Assembly (NCBI RefSeq): GCF_964204645.1
Contig: NC_134032.1
Location: forward strand, 7,242,275 to 7,306,274
DNA: 64,000 nt
Origin: Tubulanus polymorphus
Lineage: Eukaryota > Animalia > Nemertea
Reading direction: 5' to 3'
This document shows positions 61,244 to 64,000 of this stretch, one piece after another. Below the pieces are notes generated by a model. It worked only from the letters and a program-made list of their open reading frames with translations, did no database searches and was not told the origin of the DNA. Within the stretch, counting starts at the first letter, position 1. Each line of letters opens with the position of its first letter. A program made the translations under genes and the position numbers.

Positions 61244-62356
61244 TTTAGCAACACTAATCTGACAGCTAAGCTCTAAAATAGATATTGAAAAATGGGTATC
61301 AAAATAATCGACAGAATCTTGCGATTCTGAATTTTGTATTTATATTCAAGTATTATAAGTTTTATAAATCAATATGTTTGTGTTTTTTTTTATTAACTAA
61401 AATATTGTCTGAACCTATTGGAGTATTAACATGTTCATGCAAGCTGTTACCTTCCTGGCAGGTATGACCAGTCAAGGGTATCGCAAACAAGCGAACTTGT
61501 CATTTCTTGAGATCGACAATCTGTCGTTCTGAGTAATTATTTATAATTTATAACAATGTGTAATTAACAAGTTTGTACCAACAATTAGCAGGTTTGGCAT
61601 TGGTTACCACCAACAAGGGTGATCCAAACCTTAGTTACCGTGGGCAAAGTCACGGAACAGACCAATCAGGGTTATGGTATTTTTGAGGTATAAATAGTGG
61701 ACGAAGGGCAGCTGAGGTCACTTTATGATGAACCTCGCTTTAAGGAATAAATCTGTGTATATTTTAATCGTCTGCTCTTCGTCAAATTACAGGTATGTGT
61801 AATAAGTTTTATAATATTTTATTAAGTCATATTCTATGGAAATATTGACTAGGCCTAGGATGTACTTTATTTAATAATATTACTTATTAAGTATGGCCGA
61901 ATACATGGTGTTTTAATATAATAGTTGAAATAATATTAATCAATTATACTAGAGCAATAGTATGTGTTTAAATAGGTTAGATGTTCTTGAGCAGTTATGT
62001 TCTATTTCAATTAACTTGGCCGCCATTTTTGGCAAGTAATCAATGAGAATTACGGCCAGAATATGCTCGATATCAGAGAACATTAGTTTCGTATTTAAGT
62101 ATTATGAAATAAGTCGACAGTATACTAATCATTAAGATAAACACGTTTTATATTTAATCTGTATCATTTATACTCATATATCATCACATATCTATTAATG
62201 GCACTTTATGATGAACCTCGCTTTAAGGAATAAATCTGTGTATATTTTAATCGTCTGCTCTTCGTCAAATTACAGGGTCTTGCGTTTGTAGTTGTCTTAG
62301 CTAGAACTACCGAAAGTTACTGAGGAATACATCTATCCAAACTTTCTATTATTAAA
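61244..62356 (+). repeat. Middle LTR, shared as 3' LTR of copy 1 and 5' LTR of copy 2
   Basis: Same sequence as 51758-52870; followed directly by PBS and gag. Confidence 0.93.
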
Positions 62357-62384
62357 ATGGTGGAGAACCCAGCTTCGAATACCG

Positions 62385-63650
62385 ATGCCACAACCATCTA
62401 ACTACCGTACGATCGTAACAAGACAACAAACGAACCAAGTTCGGCAAAACGTTGAAAACCCAGTATTGATTCCGCTATACGAGCCGCCGAGAGATATTCG
62501 ACAAATTGTAGTTCGCGAGGAGGACGAGGAGGTACATCTGGCAGAAATCGACCAGGTGGATAACGGTATAGACATTAACGAAAACCTAGAGGGTAACATG
62601 CCTTATAAACTCGACCTTCCGGGTTACGACCACAGTCGGCCTATCAAAAGTTGGCTGAATGACTTTGACCGTTGGGTCCAAGCGACAAATATACCGCTCG
62701 AGCAGCAAACCACAGCCCTAATACTGCGTTTATCTGGTTCCTCCAGATCCGCCATAGATACATTGACTCTCGAACAACAGAACGATTTGGAGGAAGTAAA
62801 AAAATGCTTGGAAAATAAATTTAAACCTATAAGAGACCCAATGAGAGGTCTAGATAAACAACAAGCAGGCGAGTCCGTACAGGCGTACATGGACCGAGTA
62901 GAAAGGGCAGCTAGCCAGTCAGAATTTACGTTGACATGTGCTATCGAACAGGCCATAGATTGCCTAAACGACTCTATTAAACCTTTGGTCGCAACTCATT
63001 GCCCTGATACATTTGATAAATTAAGGAAAATTGCAATGAACGCAGAATCAGCAGCAGGGGGTAAAATTACTGCGACTTGTAGTCTCACCACAGCGGTCGA
63101 CAAACTAACTAGTCATTTGGAAAATGTACAATTGCGACCGGACAATAAGGTGTGTGCATGTCAAGTAAACGCGATAACCGATAGTAAAAGTGACAATGGA
63201 TTTAATTATGCGAATAGACAGAATTATCAAACGCATCAACAACAACAACAGTCCTGGTCTCCTCAATTCGTGCCACAGCCACAACAGTTTTGGCCGCAGC
63301 AGCAGTTTTGGGCGCCACAACATCAGCCGCAGTTCCAGCAACCGCATTTCCAGCAGCCGCAGTTCCAGCAGCAGCAGCAATTCCAGCAGCCGCAGTTCCA
63401 GCAGCAGCAGCAGCAGCAGCAGCAGTTCCAACAGCCGCAGTTCCAGCAGCAGCAGCAGCAGTTCCAACAGCAGCAGTTCCGGCAACAGCACTACAGGGGA
63501 CACCAGCGGCATAGAGGGAACAGCAATAGGAGAAATCAATGGTCGCAGCCAAATGGACAAAACAATTCAGGTAAACGGGTTCCATTATGTTATACATGCA
63601 ATACCCCAGGTCATATATCTCGAAATTGTCCGAACTCAGGTCAGAAATAG
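62385..63650 (+). CDS. gag: Gag of tandem copy 2
   Basis: Translation identical to 52899-54164. Confidence 0.93.
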   Translation: MPQPSNYRTIVTRQQTNQVRQNVENPVLIPLYEPPRDIRQIVVREEDEEVHLAEIDQVDNGIDINENLEGNMPYKLDLPGYDHSRPIKSWLNDFDRWVQATNIPLEQQTTALILRLSGSSRSAIDTLTLEQQNDLEEVKKCLENKFKPIRDPMRGLDKQQAGESVQAYMDRVERAASQSEFTLTCAIEQAIDCLNDSIKPLVATHCPDTFDKLRKIAMNAESAAGGKITATCSLTTAVDKLTSHLENVQLRPDNKVCACQVNAITDSKSDNGFNYANRQNYQTHQQQQQSWSPQFVPQPQQFWPQQQFWAPQHQPQFQQPHFQQPQFQQQQQFQQPQFQQQQQQQQQFQQPQFQQQQQQFQQQQFRQQHYRGHQRHRGNSNRRNQWSQPNGQNNSGKRVPLCYTCNTPGHISRNCPNSGQK

Positions 63651-64000
63651 GGGTGCGAGCCTGTCCAAGAGAATCCAACTATGGACGGGCACCCGAAGGT
63701 TGAAGTTGCGTTCCTGGCGACATTAGAGAAAAATGTTGCCACAGTATTTGTGTCGGGGCACAGAATTAACGCATTGCTTGACACAGGTGCTGGTATTTCT
63801 TGTATATCATTGTCATGTCTGAACAAAACTAAATTTGCTAATGAAACGTTGTCAGCGCCTGAGATAAAAGAAGTAGTTGGCGTGAGTGGAAGTAAGTTGT
63901 CGGTCCTAGGTACGGTAAACCTGCCCTTAATCTTCCCGGGTATAAAGACGCCAGTCGAGCAAAAATTTCATGTATTTCAACATCTTCATCAACCCCTTTT
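63651..64000 (+). CDS. pol: Pol (protease) of tandem copy 2, running off the window
   Basis: Identical to 54165 onward, includes LLDTGA. Confidence 0.9.

Larger units (their letters stand above)
51758..62356 (+). mobile_element. Intact env-containing Ty3/Gypsy endogenous retrovirus, copy 1 (LTR-gag-pol-env-LTR)
   Basis: Near-identical ~1113-bp LTRs 9486 bp apart, PBS, three uninterrupted ORFs. Confidence 0.97.

Overview
AT-rich eukaryotic (animal, probably invertebrate) DNA made almost entirely of nested mobile elements; I found no host gene. In order: a decayed CR1/L2-type LINE (~3.4-7.6 kb); a Zator-type transposon remnant abutting an older LINE fragment (9.3-12 kb); an ISL2EU (PIF/Harbinger-related) transposon encoding a THAP-DDE transposase and a SWIM-YqaJ-PHD protein (12047-22175), whose left TIR holds two head-to-head non-autonomous Helentrons forming a 5.5-kb quasi-palindrome; a TSD-flanked inverted Penelope pair with hammerhead motifs (22.4-26.0 kb); pogo, SINE and MITE debris; a ~13-kb decayed endogenous Polinton-like virus (pPolB, SSB, minor and major capsid candidates, several membrane proteins; 32.7-45.9 kb); a hAT remnant; a BEL/Pao remnant; and an intact env-bearing Gypsy retrovirus in tandem (51758-end). 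Two systems stand out. (1) The Polinton-like virus: eight of its non-polymerase gene starts lie in the poxvirus-late-type motif TAAATG, and it ends in a 408-nt hairpin whose substitutions are all G.T wobbles and whose tip is a run of GNA-type DNA mini-hairpins, suggesting a virophage-like parasite of a pox/NCLDV-type helper with an ssDNA-folded terminus. (2) The Gypsy LTR has a perfectly duplicated 75-bp R-like block bracketing a GT-AG intron, which could regenerate a spliced-out intron in every reverse-transcription cycle; the same element shows in-frame UAG gag-pol readthrough and an F-type env with an extra membrane module. All family assignments come from motif recognition by eye, not database searches.
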